64,000 nt of DNA from a virus. How positions within the stretch are numbered: the first letter of the stretch is position 1; every line of letters starts with the position of its first letter. The notes under the pieces were generated by a model. The model did no database searches and was not told the origin of the DNA. It saw only the letters and a program-made list of their open reading frames with translations. The position numbers and the translations under genes are program-made. This document shows positions 46,984-54,195 of the stretch, piece after piece. The DNA is taken from the IMG/VR virus record IMGVR_UViG_3300033978_000437. The stretch is one strand, 5' to 3'.

Positions 46984-47196
46984 TTACTCCATTTCTTTGC
47001 TAATGATTAATTGTGCTTCTTTGAAATCTTTTTTGGCTTGTTCAAGTACTACATTACGTATGTAGTCTCCCCAACGTATTTTTTTGTTAGCAGCAGCAAA
47101 AACTATAAGAGCATACTGCACATGCGAAAAAATAAGTTTTATTGGTTTCTCTTGGTTTTTATCTGGTTTAGCTTTAACCGATTCGTTTTTCTTCAT
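46984..47196 (-). CDS. Ribbon-helix-helix-like DNA-binding protein, paralog A
   Basis: IKLIFS..ALIVFAAANKKIRWGDYIRNVVLEQAKKDF. Confidence 0.6.
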   Translation of the reverse strand: MKKNESVKAKPDKNQEKPIKLIFSHVQYALIVFAAANKKIRWGDYIRNVVLEQAKKDFKEAQLIISKEME

Positions 47197-47201
47197 ACTG
47201 A

Positions 47202-47438
47202 TTATCCTTTTAATGTAAGTAAATTAATTGAAGGTAAGTCTGCAGTTGCTGTAAACACACTTTCAAAATCTGGGCATAGCACTACACACTCATCTGTAAT
47301 GCCGAGACATCTTCCATCCTTTAGATGGACTACATCTACCATGACACCGCCTCCTGTGTCTTCGCTGGTTATTTTTTCTATGTAAGTCAATTTGTTCCTC
47401 CTAAGTAAGTTGGTTAAAAATGTCATCAAAAATACCAT
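47202..47438 (-). CDS. Hypothetical protein
   Basis: EDTGGGVMVDVVHLKDG; start uncertain. Confidence 0.55.
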   Translation of the reverse strand: MVFLMTFLTNLLRRNKLTYIEKITSEDTGGGVMVDVVHLKDGRCLGITDECVVLCPDFESVFTATADLPSINLLTLKG

Positions 47439-47742
47439 CAGGCCCTTCCATAGCTCTTATAGCATTAGATTGGCCTCCGCTCATTTCGTTCTCGTAATTT
47501 TCCCAGTTGTAGTCTGACCTACCCCCAAAGAACGATATGTTCTGATTTACAATTTTGCCTGAGCGTAGCTCGCGGTAGCATTCAAGGCATAAATAGTGGT
47601 AACGAGACGTTCTTAATATTCTGACATCGGTTACAATGTCTTTACAACATGAGCACTCAAAATTATCACTAGAGCGAAGCACAGGTTTAACATCCATCTT
47701 AGGCTGCTCAACTACCACTCTATCCTTTTGTGCGGCGGTCAT
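47401..47742 (-). CDS. Hypothetical protein with Cys pairs
   Basis: CSCC, CLEC. Confidence 0.55.
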   Translation of the reverse strand: MTAAQKDRVVVEQPKMDVKPVLRSSDNFECSCCKDIVTDVRILRTSRYHYLCLECYRELRSGKIVNQNISFFGGRSDYNWENYENEMSGGQSNAIRAMEGPDGIFDDIFNQLT

Positions 47743-47745
47743 GAT

Positions 47746-48030
47746 TCATTCTCCGTGGTACTGAAACAAAACAGCGTTACAATGACAATGCACCGCACCG
47801 ATGGTCATTCCAGTGTCATGACAGTGATGCAAGTGTACAGGCCATCTAAAGAAGCCTAAAGGAAATAATTCGATGTCTATTTGTTTTTCCATTACTTTGC
47901 GAGCAGCAGCTTTATCAAGTGGCTCTTCGCAATAACTGCATTTTCCTTTTTGCTTGCTGATATACTCTTCACGCACTAATTTACGCTCTTGCCACGTAAG
48001 TTCTGCGTAGTCAACTGGGAGCTTCATCAT
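47746..48030 (-). CDS. Endonuclease VII-like (His-Me finger) protein
   Basis: CSYC..HLHHCHDTG..GAVHCHCN. Confidence 0.6.
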   Translation of the reverse strand: MMKLPVDYAELTWQERKLVREEYISKQKGKCSYCEEPLDKAAARKVMEKQIDIELFPLGFFRWPVHLHHCHDTGMTIGAVHCHCNAVLFQYHGE

Positions 48031-48041
48031 TATTCTCCTTG

Positions 48042-48323
48042 TTAGAGTTGTGAGTCAGCTACTTCGCTGCCTCCTAAGCTTCTTAGTTTGTCTTTCCAAA
48101 CTCTGCCGTTGTATGACATATACCCTACAAGTTTGTTGTTTAGAAAGAGGGGGCAATCTCCCCAATTACCCCCGCCTAGACCTTCAAGCTCTTGCCATTC
48201 TTGGACCTTTTCCCTTAGTTCTTTAATGGCATCGGCTTGCAGCTCTGTGTTTGCAATTTCTTCTTCTGGGTTTTGACCGTGGTCAATATTCCCATAAGCC
48301 GTAGCTTTAAGCTTCAACCGCAT
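48042..48323 (-). CDS. Hypothetical protein
   Basis: GNIDHGQNP..GLGGGNW..YMSYNGRVW, a phage family motif. Confidence 0.65.
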   Translation of the reverse strand: MRLKLKATAYGNIDHGQNPEEEIANTELQADAIKELREKVQEWQELEGLGGGNWGDCPLFLNNKLVGYMSYNGRVWKDKLRSLGGSEVADSQL

Positions 48324-48615
48324 TTTCAGTCCTTTCTTTAATTTGTTTAAAGATGTTCATATCGCAATCCAAGAATACTCCTTTGCAATTGTGTCCAGTG
48401 ATAATGATGCACCTCATGTGCGGGGCTACGGAGTTACCCGCTGCATGCTCATGAATCATGCTGAAGCTAACTGGGAAGATAAAATCTTCTGGAAGTTCTG
48501 CTAGCAGCTCTGGGCTAAGTATTCGGTTGTACCCTCTACTGATTGCCAACAAGTTGGCTTTTAGTAGTTCGGGTTTAGTAAAGAAAGGTATGTGACTGTA
48601 CGACTTAGTTTCCAT
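48307..48615 (-). CDS. Hypothetical protein
   Basis: Likely start METKS at 48615 with AAGGAG RBS. Confidence 0.65.
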   Translation of the reverse strand: METKSYSHIPFFTKPELLKANLLAISRGYNRILSPELLAELPEDFIFPVSFSMIHEHAAGNSVAPHMRCIIITGHNCKGVFLDCDMNIFKQIKERTENAVEA

Positions 48616-48628
48616 TAGAATCTCCTTG

Positions 48629-48817
48629 TTAAAATTGTTGTGACCAATTTTCAGTTCCAGGTCTACCGATAGACCATAAATCTGAATACGCATTGTTTAC
48701 AAATCTGGATTTTGACATTGCATTGAGATTACTCAACGACCAAATCCTATTTCTATTCCAAGCTCTAGCAGGGAGCTTAGCATCCCACCCACTTACCATA
48801 TTTAGTCTTCTTATCAT
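48629..48817 (-). CDS. Ser/Trp-rich microprotein 17 (MIRRL...NWSQQF)
   Basis: ATGA overlap with the preceding unit, TGGAG RBS. Confidence 0.7.
   Translation of the reverse strand: MIRRLNMVSGWDAKLPARAWNRNRIWSLSNLNAMSKSRFVNNAYSDLWSIGRPGTENWSQQF
48701..48713. promoter_or_regulatory. Dyad motif AAAATCCRGATTTT copy
   Basis: AAATCTGGATTTT inside the last array unit, ~85 bp upstream of the next gene. Confidence 0.4.
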
Positions 48818-48999
48818 CTGCTACGCCTCCAAACTTGAGACTGTTGCAGCATTCTACTCCAACTAAAATTCCACATACATCTATTAACCCAACTCTGCTG
48901 CTTCATTGTTGATTTAAACCAGCTTTTACTGTTTGGGCTTGTAAGTCTTTGTCCGGTCCAGTTTTGAGAAAGTGCTTGTGTTTTAATTGTCATTCTCAT
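48814..48999 (-). CDS. Ser/Trp-rich microprotein 16 (MRMTIK...VWRRSR)
   Basis: ATGA overlap. Confidence 0.7.
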   Translation of the reverse strand: MRMTIKTQALSQNWTGQRLTSPNSKSWFKSTMKQQSWVNRCMWNFSWSRMLQQSQVWRRSR

Positions 49000-49196
49000 T
49001 TTAACCAATTAAGTCCTTTCCAATAAGTAGTCCAACAATTAGACCAACATTCTGATCTAGTTAGATGTCCTATAGCTACAAAACCTTTCCAACTTACGGA
49101 CCAAGCATGAGCATTTTGAGAAGAATAACTCCAAGTTATAGCTTTTTTAAAAGAGCTAGATTGATCCGTTGGAAATGTATTGACTCTTCTTATCAT
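48996..49196 (-). CDS. Ser/Trp-rich microprotein 15 (MIRRV...NWLK)
   Basis: ATGATAAGA start, ATGA overlap. Confidence 0.75.
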   Translation of the reverse strand: MIRRVNTFPTDQSSSFKKAITWSYSSQNAHAWSVSWKGFVAIGHLTRSECWSNCWTTYWKGLNWLK

Positions 49197-49345
49197 TGGT
49201 AGCTTGCCCCCCGAGAAATAGTCCAACTTTTAGATCCCGATCTAAAGTTAGTCCAGCCCCAAGACCAGCCATTCCTAGGGGTCTTAGAAAGACAACTAGA
49301 CTTAGTCCAATGTAAAGAGAAACCATTTATATTTTTTCTTATCAT
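49193..49345 (-). CDS. Ser/Trp-rich microprotein 14 (MIRKNINGF...GASYQ, 50 aa)
   Basis: Manually translated, below the ORF-track cutoff; AGGAGG RBS, TAATG overlap. Confidence 0.75.
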   Translation of the reverse strand: MIRKNINGFSLHWTKSSCLSKTPRNGWSWGWTNFRSGSKSWTISRGASYQ

Positions 49346-49560
49346 TACCTCCTCCTTCTAGGTGACGGCCAGAGTGCAACCCCATAGTCAGACCATAGGT
49401 GACGATGCGCCCAGACTTTAGAGAACGCAGGACCAGAACCCCAGCCTCCAAAGAATGGAACACCAGGCCCTTTGGCAAGTGTTCCACCCCATGAAGACCA
49501 GACATAACTATTATCCCAAGATCCGGTCCTAGCCTGTATTCTGGCTATTTTTCTTATCAT
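49345..49560 (-). CDS. Ser/Trp/Gly-rich microprotein 13 (MIRKIA...PRRRR)
   Basis: TGGAG-N9-ATG. Confidence 0.75.
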   Translation of the reverse strand: MIRKIARIQARTGSWDNSYVWSSWGGTLAKGPGVPFFGGWGSGPAFSKVWAHRHLWSDYGVALWPSPRRRR

Positions 49561-49769
49561 CGCTTAGTCCTCCAAAGCAAAGAGCGATGAGCGTGACAAC
49601 CATTTAAAAACCAATGAGACCAACTGTACTCAAGTTGGTGTGAGTCCGTGGCAATCTCAGACCACATCGATTCACGGCTCCAAGACTCAGAATTAGTCCT
49701 TTCGTTTTTAGGTCCGAGTTTATTTGTTACCCAAGACTTAGATCCGGGCCATGTTGCTTTCCATATCAT
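49557..49769 (-). CDS. Ser/Trp-rich microprotein 12 (MIWKA...LWRTKR)
   Basis: TGGAG-N9-ATG. Confidence 0.75.
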   Translation of the reverse strand: MIWKATWPGSKSWVTNKLGPKNERTNSESWSRESMWSEIATDSHQLEYSWSHWFLNGCHAHRSLLWRTKR

Positions 49770-49945
49770 CTTCGGGTTCTCCAGCTATTTGAACGAAACC
49801 AAAGATATTCAGAAAAGATGCGGCACAAACCCCAACAGCCAGCAAAACTGTTTAAAGATGTTGACCAATGACTCAAATTAGTCCTAGACCTTTGTAATGC
49901 TTCAGTCCAGTTATTAGAGTTAGCAGTTATTCTATGCATTTTCAT
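49766..49945 (-). CDS. Ser/Trp-rich microprotein 11 (MKMHRIT...SWRTRR)
   Basis: TGGAG-N9-ATG. Confidence 0.75.
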   Translation of the reverse strand: MKMHRITANSNNWTEALQRSRTNLSHWSTSLNSFAGCWGLCRIFSEYLWFRSNSWRTRR

Positions 49946-50127
49946 TGAGCTGTTCTCCAAGAGTAGGAACGGTTGTACCATATGCCACTACCTACATCGC
50001 TGTGGGTGCGCTGGCGAAACCAGTTACCTGATTTTAAATCGTAATGATCCCATTGGTTGAACCATGAACATTTCTGTTCTCTGTTCCAAACAACAGATAT
50101 GATTACTACATTTGCTTTTCTTATCAT
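49942..50127 (-). CDS. Ser/Trp-rich microprotein 10 (MIRKAN...SWRTAQ)
   Basis: ATGA overlap. Confidence 0.75.
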   Translation of the reverse strand: MIRKANVVIISVVWNREQKCSWFNQWDHYDLKSGNWFRQRTHSDVGSGIWYNRSYSWRTAQ

Positions 50128-50300
50128 CGAGAGCCCCTTCTCCAATCTCTAGACTTTTCCCAAGTATTAGTCCAAGACCCAGAATCATAATTAGACTTAA
50201 ACCAAGACCAAGACTCACGCCATTCTTCTGCCCAATCCCAAGATCTAGCACAACCCCGAGAAAAAGTCGTAGCAGTAGTACATTTTGTTTTTCTTATCAT
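50124..50300 (-). CDS. Ser/Trp-rich microprotein 9 (MIRKTK...DWRRGSR)
   Basis: TGGAG-N9-ATG. Confidence 0.75.
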   Translation of the reverse strand: MIRKTKCTTATTFSRGCARSWDWAEEWRESWSWFKSNYDSGSWTNTWEKSRDWRRGSR

Positions 50301-50464
50301 TTGTCGGTGCTCCAAGAATAAGACCAAGGCTCAGGCCAAGACCCAGATCCAGCCCAACGCATAGACTCTGACCAAGATTCAGACCAAGGCCCAGACCAAG
50401 ACCAAGACCTAGTCCAAGACACAGACCAAGACCAAGAACTAGCCTCATTTGTTTTTCTTATCAT
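50297..50464 (-). CDS. Ser/Trp-rich microprotein 8 (MIRKTNEASSWSWSVSW...SWSTDK)
   Basis: 11 Trp in 55 aa; TCTTGG hexamer repeats. Confidence 0.78.
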   Translation of the reverse strand: MIRKTNEASSWSWSVSWTRSWSWSGPWSESWSESMRWAGSGSWPEPWSYSWSTDK

Positions 50465-50643
50465 ATATCTCCTTTCCAAGAGGAAGACTCTATAAAGTCC
50501 TCAGTCCATGCTCCACCAATACGCCATTCTTCTGACCAAAGATTAGACCATGTAGGCCAAGGTCTATACTTAGCCAAACACCAAGACATGTTCGTGTCCA
50601 AAGACCAAGAGAAAGATTGGCCAAAAGCTTTTCTTATTATCAT
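50461..50643 (-). CDS. Ser/Trp-rich microprotein 7 (MIIRKA...SWKGDI)
   Basis: TGGAG-N9-ATG. Confidence 0.75.
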   Translation of the reverse strand: MIIRKAFGQSFSWSLDTNMSWCLAKYRPWPTWSNLWSEEWRIGGAWTEDFIESSSWKGDI

Positions 50644-50816
50644 CGGAAAGAACTCCAAGAATTAGATCTAATCTTTGGAAAGACCCACAGGTAAGACCAA
50701 GATTTTCCAAAAGGCGTAGCGGTAGATCTGTGCCAATGTCGTGTAAAGCAAGTTCCCCAAAAAGACAAGTCTGACCAATCTCTTGATCTGGGAATTACTA
50801 ATGTTTTTCTTATCAT
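50640..50816 (-). CDS. Ser/Trp-rich microprotein 6 (MIRKTLVIPRSRDW...SWSSFR, 58 aa)
   Basis: Manually translated, below the ORF-track cutoff. Confidence 0.75.
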   Translation of the reverse strand: MIRKTLVIPRSRDWSDLSFWGTCFTRHWHRSTATPFGKSWSYLWVFPKIRSNSWSSFR

Positions 50817-50817
50817 G

Positions 50818-51000
50818 TTATCTCCATGCTATTCGCAGAATAGATAGGTTCCAGTTTCGTGCTCCCCATGTAATGCTGTAATGCCAGCGTCCGGGCCAGC
50901 CTAGAGATCCGGAACCGGACAACAAAGACGCAGACCAGTACACAGACCCAGACCAGTTACGAGATAGTTTTTCAGGAGCTCTCGCTGTTCGTTTGATCAT
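50818..51000 (-). CDS. Ser/Trp-rich microprotein 5 (MIKRT...IAWR)
   Basis: TGGAG-N9-ATG. Confidence 0.75.
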   Translation of the reverse strand: MIKRTARAPEKLSRNWSGSVYWSASLLSGSGSLGWPGRWHYSITWGARNWNLSILRIAWR

Positions 51001-51197
51001 ATGTGGTGACTCCAAGATCTAGGAATGGAACCGACTACGAAGTTAGACCGAAGTCTGTTTTGAGGCCAGCACCCAGTGTAATTTTGACTAAAATGCCAGT
51101 TCCAACTCCAAGTCTTGGGAAAAGGTTTAAGACGAGACCAAGAATAACCTTGAGACCAAGCTTCAGTTCGAGAGTATAGCAATGTTTTTCTTATCAT
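50997..51197 (-). CDS. Ser/Trp-rich microprotein 4 (MIRKTL...SWSHHI)
   Basis: TGGAG-N9-ATG. Confidence 0.75.
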   Translation of the reverse strand: MIRKTLLYSRTEAWSQGYSWSRLKPFPKTWSWNWHFSQNYTGCWPQNRLRSNFVVGSIPRSWSHHI

Positions 51198-51403
51198 GCG
51201 TTTGTACTCCACGACTCGGACATAGGTATGTTTATATCCATCGCCACCCAAGCCCAACAATGAGACTCAAAATCAGTCCAAGACTCTGAATGTGCCTCAA
51301 AATTTGAATTTATACTATATCCCCAATTATCTAACCAAGATGATGATATATGTGCACTAACGTTCCAAGAGTTTGAACTCCTCCACGTTATTTTTCTTAT
51401 CAT
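51194..51403 (-). CDS. Ser/Trp-rich microprotein 3 (MIRKIT...SWSTNA)
   Basis: TGGAG-N9-ATG. Confidence 0.75.
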   Translation of the reverse strand: MIRKITWRSSNSWNVSAHISSSWLDNWGYSINSNFEAHSESWTDFESHCWAWVAMDINIPMSESWSTNA

Positions 51404-51609
51404 AAGTTATCCCTCCAATGCCAAGACTCGTGTCTATTTTTAACCCAAGCACCAGATCTACCCTGAGACTCGGGCCAAGAATAAGATTTAGCATACTGAT
51501 GAGACCAAGCCCCACCCCAGCCACCTTGAGCTACAGTTGGCTTCCACTCAGATGTATCCCAATTCCCAGACCAAGACCCAGAACTTGCAAAATCAACACT
51601 TCTTATCAT
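51400..51609 (-). CDS. Ser/Trp-rich microprotein 2 (MIRSV...HWRDNL)
   Basis: TGGAG-N9-ATG. Confidence 0.75.
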   Translation of the reverse strand: MIRSVDFASSGSWSGNWDTSEWKPTVAQGGWGGAWSHQYAKSYSWPESQGRSGAWVKNRHESWHWRDNL

Positions 51610-51788
51610 CGGTATTCCCTCCATGCTGTGGTGGAAATAAATTTAGTGTGAGACCAACTACTTGACCAAGGTCTACCTAATCTATCAGAGGAAAAAACCA
51701 TACCTTCTGTTCTGTAAGTGCCGCAAGTCCAACTATTGGTCCAGAGCAAAGCTCTGGACCATGGAGGAATAGATTTTATTATTCTCAT
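51606..51788 (-). CDS. Ser/Trp-rich microprotein 1 (MRIIK...AWREYR)
   Basis: AGGGGAG RBS, 14 bp downstream of the Sm-like gene. Confidence 0.75.
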   Translation of the reverse strand: MRIIKSIPPWSRALLWTNSWTCGTYRTEGMVFSSDRLGRPWSSSWSHTKFISTTAWREYR

Positions 51789-51802
51789 ATGCACTCCCCT
51801 TG

Positions 51803-52120
51803 TTATGCATCCAAGGGAGCGAAGCACCAGCGTGGCTGATATATGATTTCCACTGCACCTAGGGAAATCACAACAGAGGAGCCGATTGGATCCTCGGTGT
51901 TAGGTTGTTCTTGACTAGAAGCACCCGAGGTCTCCACTGCCCTAGCTTGGGCCAACACCAAGCAGTCATCAGCTACATGGCTGAGGATGCCACGGTAGTT
52001 GTAGCGGGCACAAAGCACCGCAACGGGTTGACCCAAGAATTGCTGAGCAATACTGGCCATGTTGCCAGCAAGGGTGCCATCGATATTTACCAAAGTTACT
52101 TTGTTCTTTACTTTTGCCAT
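51803..52120 (-). CDS. Sm/LSm/Hfq-fold protein
   Basis: Sm1-like FLGQPVAVLCARYNYRGILSHVADDCLVLAQA and Sm2-like GSSVVISLGAVEII. Confidence 0.7.
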   Translation of the reverse strand: MAKVKNKVTLVNIDGTLAGNMASIAQQFLGQPVAVLCARYNYRGILSHVADDCLVLAQARAVETSGASSQEQPNTEDPIGSSVVISLGAVEIIYQPRWCFAPLDA

Positions 52121-52155
52121 AATACTAATTCCTTAATATAAGATTGATTCCAACG

Positions 52156-52183
52156 AAAAAGGGAGCAGACATTCTGCTCCCTT
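52156..52183 (-). terminator. Intrinsic terminator
   Basis: AAGGGAGCAGA/TCTGCTCCCTT stem with T-tract on the minus strand. Confidence 0.75.
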
Positions 52184-52217
52184 AGGTAAACTAAATAACA
52201 TTAATACCGACATCGAC

Positions 52218-52544
52218 CTAGTCTGCAACTTTGCGTTCACGCTCTGCGTTGAGCGGATCATACTCTCTTTGTCTAGTGACACAGACCCAGCTGTTAGCTG
52301 GCAAGCGGATGTCCGAATGCTCGTCGTGTCCGACTACTGTTTCTTCTTTAGAAAAGAGATAGATATCTCCTTTCACATTTACATAACTTTCGACCTCGGG
52401 CCCAGTCCTGATGGCATGACTGTGACCAGTCACTTCTCCGAATGCAAGAATCCTAGATTCGTGCTTTTTCATATCTTTAAGATCCTTTGGCTTAGCCACG
52501 GTCTTAAAGAAAATATCACCCTGACGACTTTGAAAATTCCGCAT
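52218..52544 (-). CDS. RQGD/GExTGHxH protein, partner of DUF6745-like
   Basis: RQGDI, LAFGEVTGHSH, HDEH..I.LP, RQREY. Confidence 0.75.
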   Translation of the reverse strand: MRNFQSRQGDIFFKTVAKPKDLKDMKKHESRILAFGEVTGHSHAIRTGPEVESYVNVKGDIYLFSKEETVVGHDEHSDIRLPANSWVCVTRQREYDPLNAERERKVAD

Positions 52545-52563
52545 GATAGCTCCTTCGTAAAAG

Positions 52564-53190
52564 TTAAGATTCCTGTGAAGGCTGGTACTTGTCAGCCTTC
52601 ATGTAATTCGTCCATGCTACTGCTTCCAAACATGTCTTCATGGTTGGCGGTACGCATAAGAAGTAGTTCTTAAATGTACCATCGGGTTCTGCAGTCGAGT
52701 TTACTACCTTGACATACAAGGTAGGCTCGGTGAAAACCCTTGGGATTTCAAACAGAATCCTTTCTCTTCCAAACTGATCCACATCCTTGTGGATAATTTT
52801 AGTAGTAGGTAGGGCCATGATTTTGTCTAACCCTATGACCTTCATCCCTACATATCTTACCTCCGTATTTGGGTTTCGCAAGACTTCTTCCAACAAAACC
52901 GTTTCTGGCTTGGTAAAGAAGTGCGGAGGAATGCGAACTCCTTCGTAATAATACAGGATGCTGCCGAACTTGTCGGCATCCATTCCATGTTGTTGACCAT
53001 TCTTGTACCAGATGATTCTGGTAGGGGAGATGTAGGCTGGACCATTGTCACAATGGAGCCTACCATCCTCGTTCAAGATTCGTTTAAGTGGCCCAAACCC
53101 AAACTCTCCATTAAAGAATTTGAGTCTGGAAGTCCACGCTTCATATCCTTGGTTTTTCATTCCAACTCCTTTTAGGTATGAATGCTCCAC
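52564..53190 (-). CDS. DUF6745-like protein
   Basis: LHCDNGPA, WYKNG, VKVVNSTAEPDGTFKNYFLCVPP..AVAWT. Confidence 0.7.
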   Translation of the reverse strand: MEHSYLKGVGMKNQGYEAWTSRLKFFNGEFGFGPLKRILNEDGRLHCDNGPAYISPTRIIWYKNGQQHGMDADKFGSILYYYEGVRIPPHFFTKPETVLLEEVLRNPNTEVRYVGMKVIGLDKIMALPTTKIIHKDVDQFGRERILFEIPRVFTEPTLYVKVVNSTAEPDGTFKNYFLCVPPTMKTCLEAVAWTNYMKADKYQPSQES

Positions 53191-53885
53191 AGTGCGTTTG
53201 TCTCAAGAGTCACGCTGAAGGTTTCACCAGACCCTGGTCCATGATAGATGAGCCCACCATTGTACCCATAGGTATAATACTGGCTATATCTGTATGCGTT
53301 TTTAAATGCATACTCGGTCAACACTTGAGAGTACCCTTCATTCAAGTGAACTTTCTCGGTGATCTTGAGTTCTTCAACAACCTTCTGATGAGGGTTAATA
53401 ACTCCTGCTTGGGCATGCTTGTTAAAGCAATCCCAATAGATTTCCGATCTAAGCGGGAAGTATGCAGAGAAGCTGAAACTGTGTAGACAACCATCGTCAT
53501 GTAGGATGACTTTCTGCTTAGGTACACCAATAGTCACTGGGTCTTTATCTTCTGGACCAAACAACACTTGCAGCTCTATCCAGCTTGGATCGGGCAACTC
53601 TGCGTATGGTGAAGTGCTACTGTGGGTGAGATGTGCCATTTTAGTAAAGAAGCTTTCGGCTAACTTCTCTGCAGTGTCGGTTTTCCCCGCATGGTACATT
53701 GCAAGGATATACCCTGCGATAGAACCTAAGCGAGTTTCTCCATGCTGCGTGAAGTACGCCTTGCCTTTCCAGTGTTCTGCGAGTCCATGCAGATACCTAT
53801 TTAATTTGGTGTTAAGTATTTCTAAGCAGTCTTGGCCATAAGTTTGCAATCCTAATTCACTTACTGGGCTTTTTAAATCACTCAT
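53172..53885 (-). CDS. DUF4120-like protein
   Basis: C-terminal NGGLIYHG..FSVTL..WSIHT. Confidence 0.55.
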   Translation of the reverse strand: MSDLKSPVSELGLQTYGQDCLEILNTKLNRYLHGLAEHWKGKAYFTQHGETRLGSIAGYILAMYHAGKTDTAEKLAESFFTKMAHLTHSSTSPYAELPDPSWIELQVLFGPEDKDPVTIGVPKQKVILHDDGCLHSFSFSAYFPLRSEIYWDCFNKHAQAGVINPHQKVVEELKITEKVHLNEGYSQVLTEYAFKNAYRYSQYYTYGYNGGLIYHGPGSGETFSVTLETNALWSIHT

Positions 53886-54195
53886 CGTTATTCTCCTTTT
53901 TGAAAGGGGTTATTTCTGTAAGATGTTTTTCATAATATTTTTCATCTTCTTCATCATCATCTTCTGGTTCATTGTGATCTTTAAACTGCATTAGCTTTTC
54001 CATCACATGCTCTTGTCTCGCCTCCCAACGCTCTATGTTACAGCCTTCCTGTGGGTTGCTTTCAAGAAAAGCTCGCATCCTATCCACATAAAATCTAATG
54101 GATGTTCTAATAAAATCTCTTTCCCAGTGTAGGAGCAAATTGGGATTGTCATAAACTGGCTTGCTGTTATCACTCATCATCTTCTTCCTCCTCAT
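53878..54195 (-). CDS. Hypothetical protein
   Basis: 105 aa; start likely near 54177-54180. Confidence 0.55.
   Translation of the reverse strand: MRRKKMMSDNSKPVYDNPNLLLHWERDFIRTSIRFYVDRMRAFLESNPQEGCNIERWEARQEHVMEKLMQFKDHNEPEDDDEEDEKYYEKHLTEITPFKKENNDE

Larger units (their letters stand above)
48629..51788 (-). repeat. Tandem array of 17 coupled Ser/Trp-rich microprotein genes
   Basis: Recurring junction TGGAG-N9-ATGATAAGAA at roughly 150-215 bp spacing. Confidence 0.9.

Noticed and set aside
50024-50448. ORFs 50024-50251 and 50245-50448 (LGLGLGL...) and plus-strand 50112-50321/51418-51651 (PRPRP)
   Set aside because: Alternative-frame shadows of the TCTTGG hexamer repeats; no RBS, and they break the junction pattern
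48629-51788. CRISPR array interpretation of the recurring TTTTTCTTATCAT motif
   Set aside because: The repeat is only ~10-13 bp, degenerate and non-palindromic; spacers are 150-215 bp open frames with RBS and coupled stops; no cas genes adjacent
48629-51788. Diversity-generating retroelement
   Set aside because: No reverse transcriptase and no TR/VR pair differing only at adenines in the window; the units are too divergent
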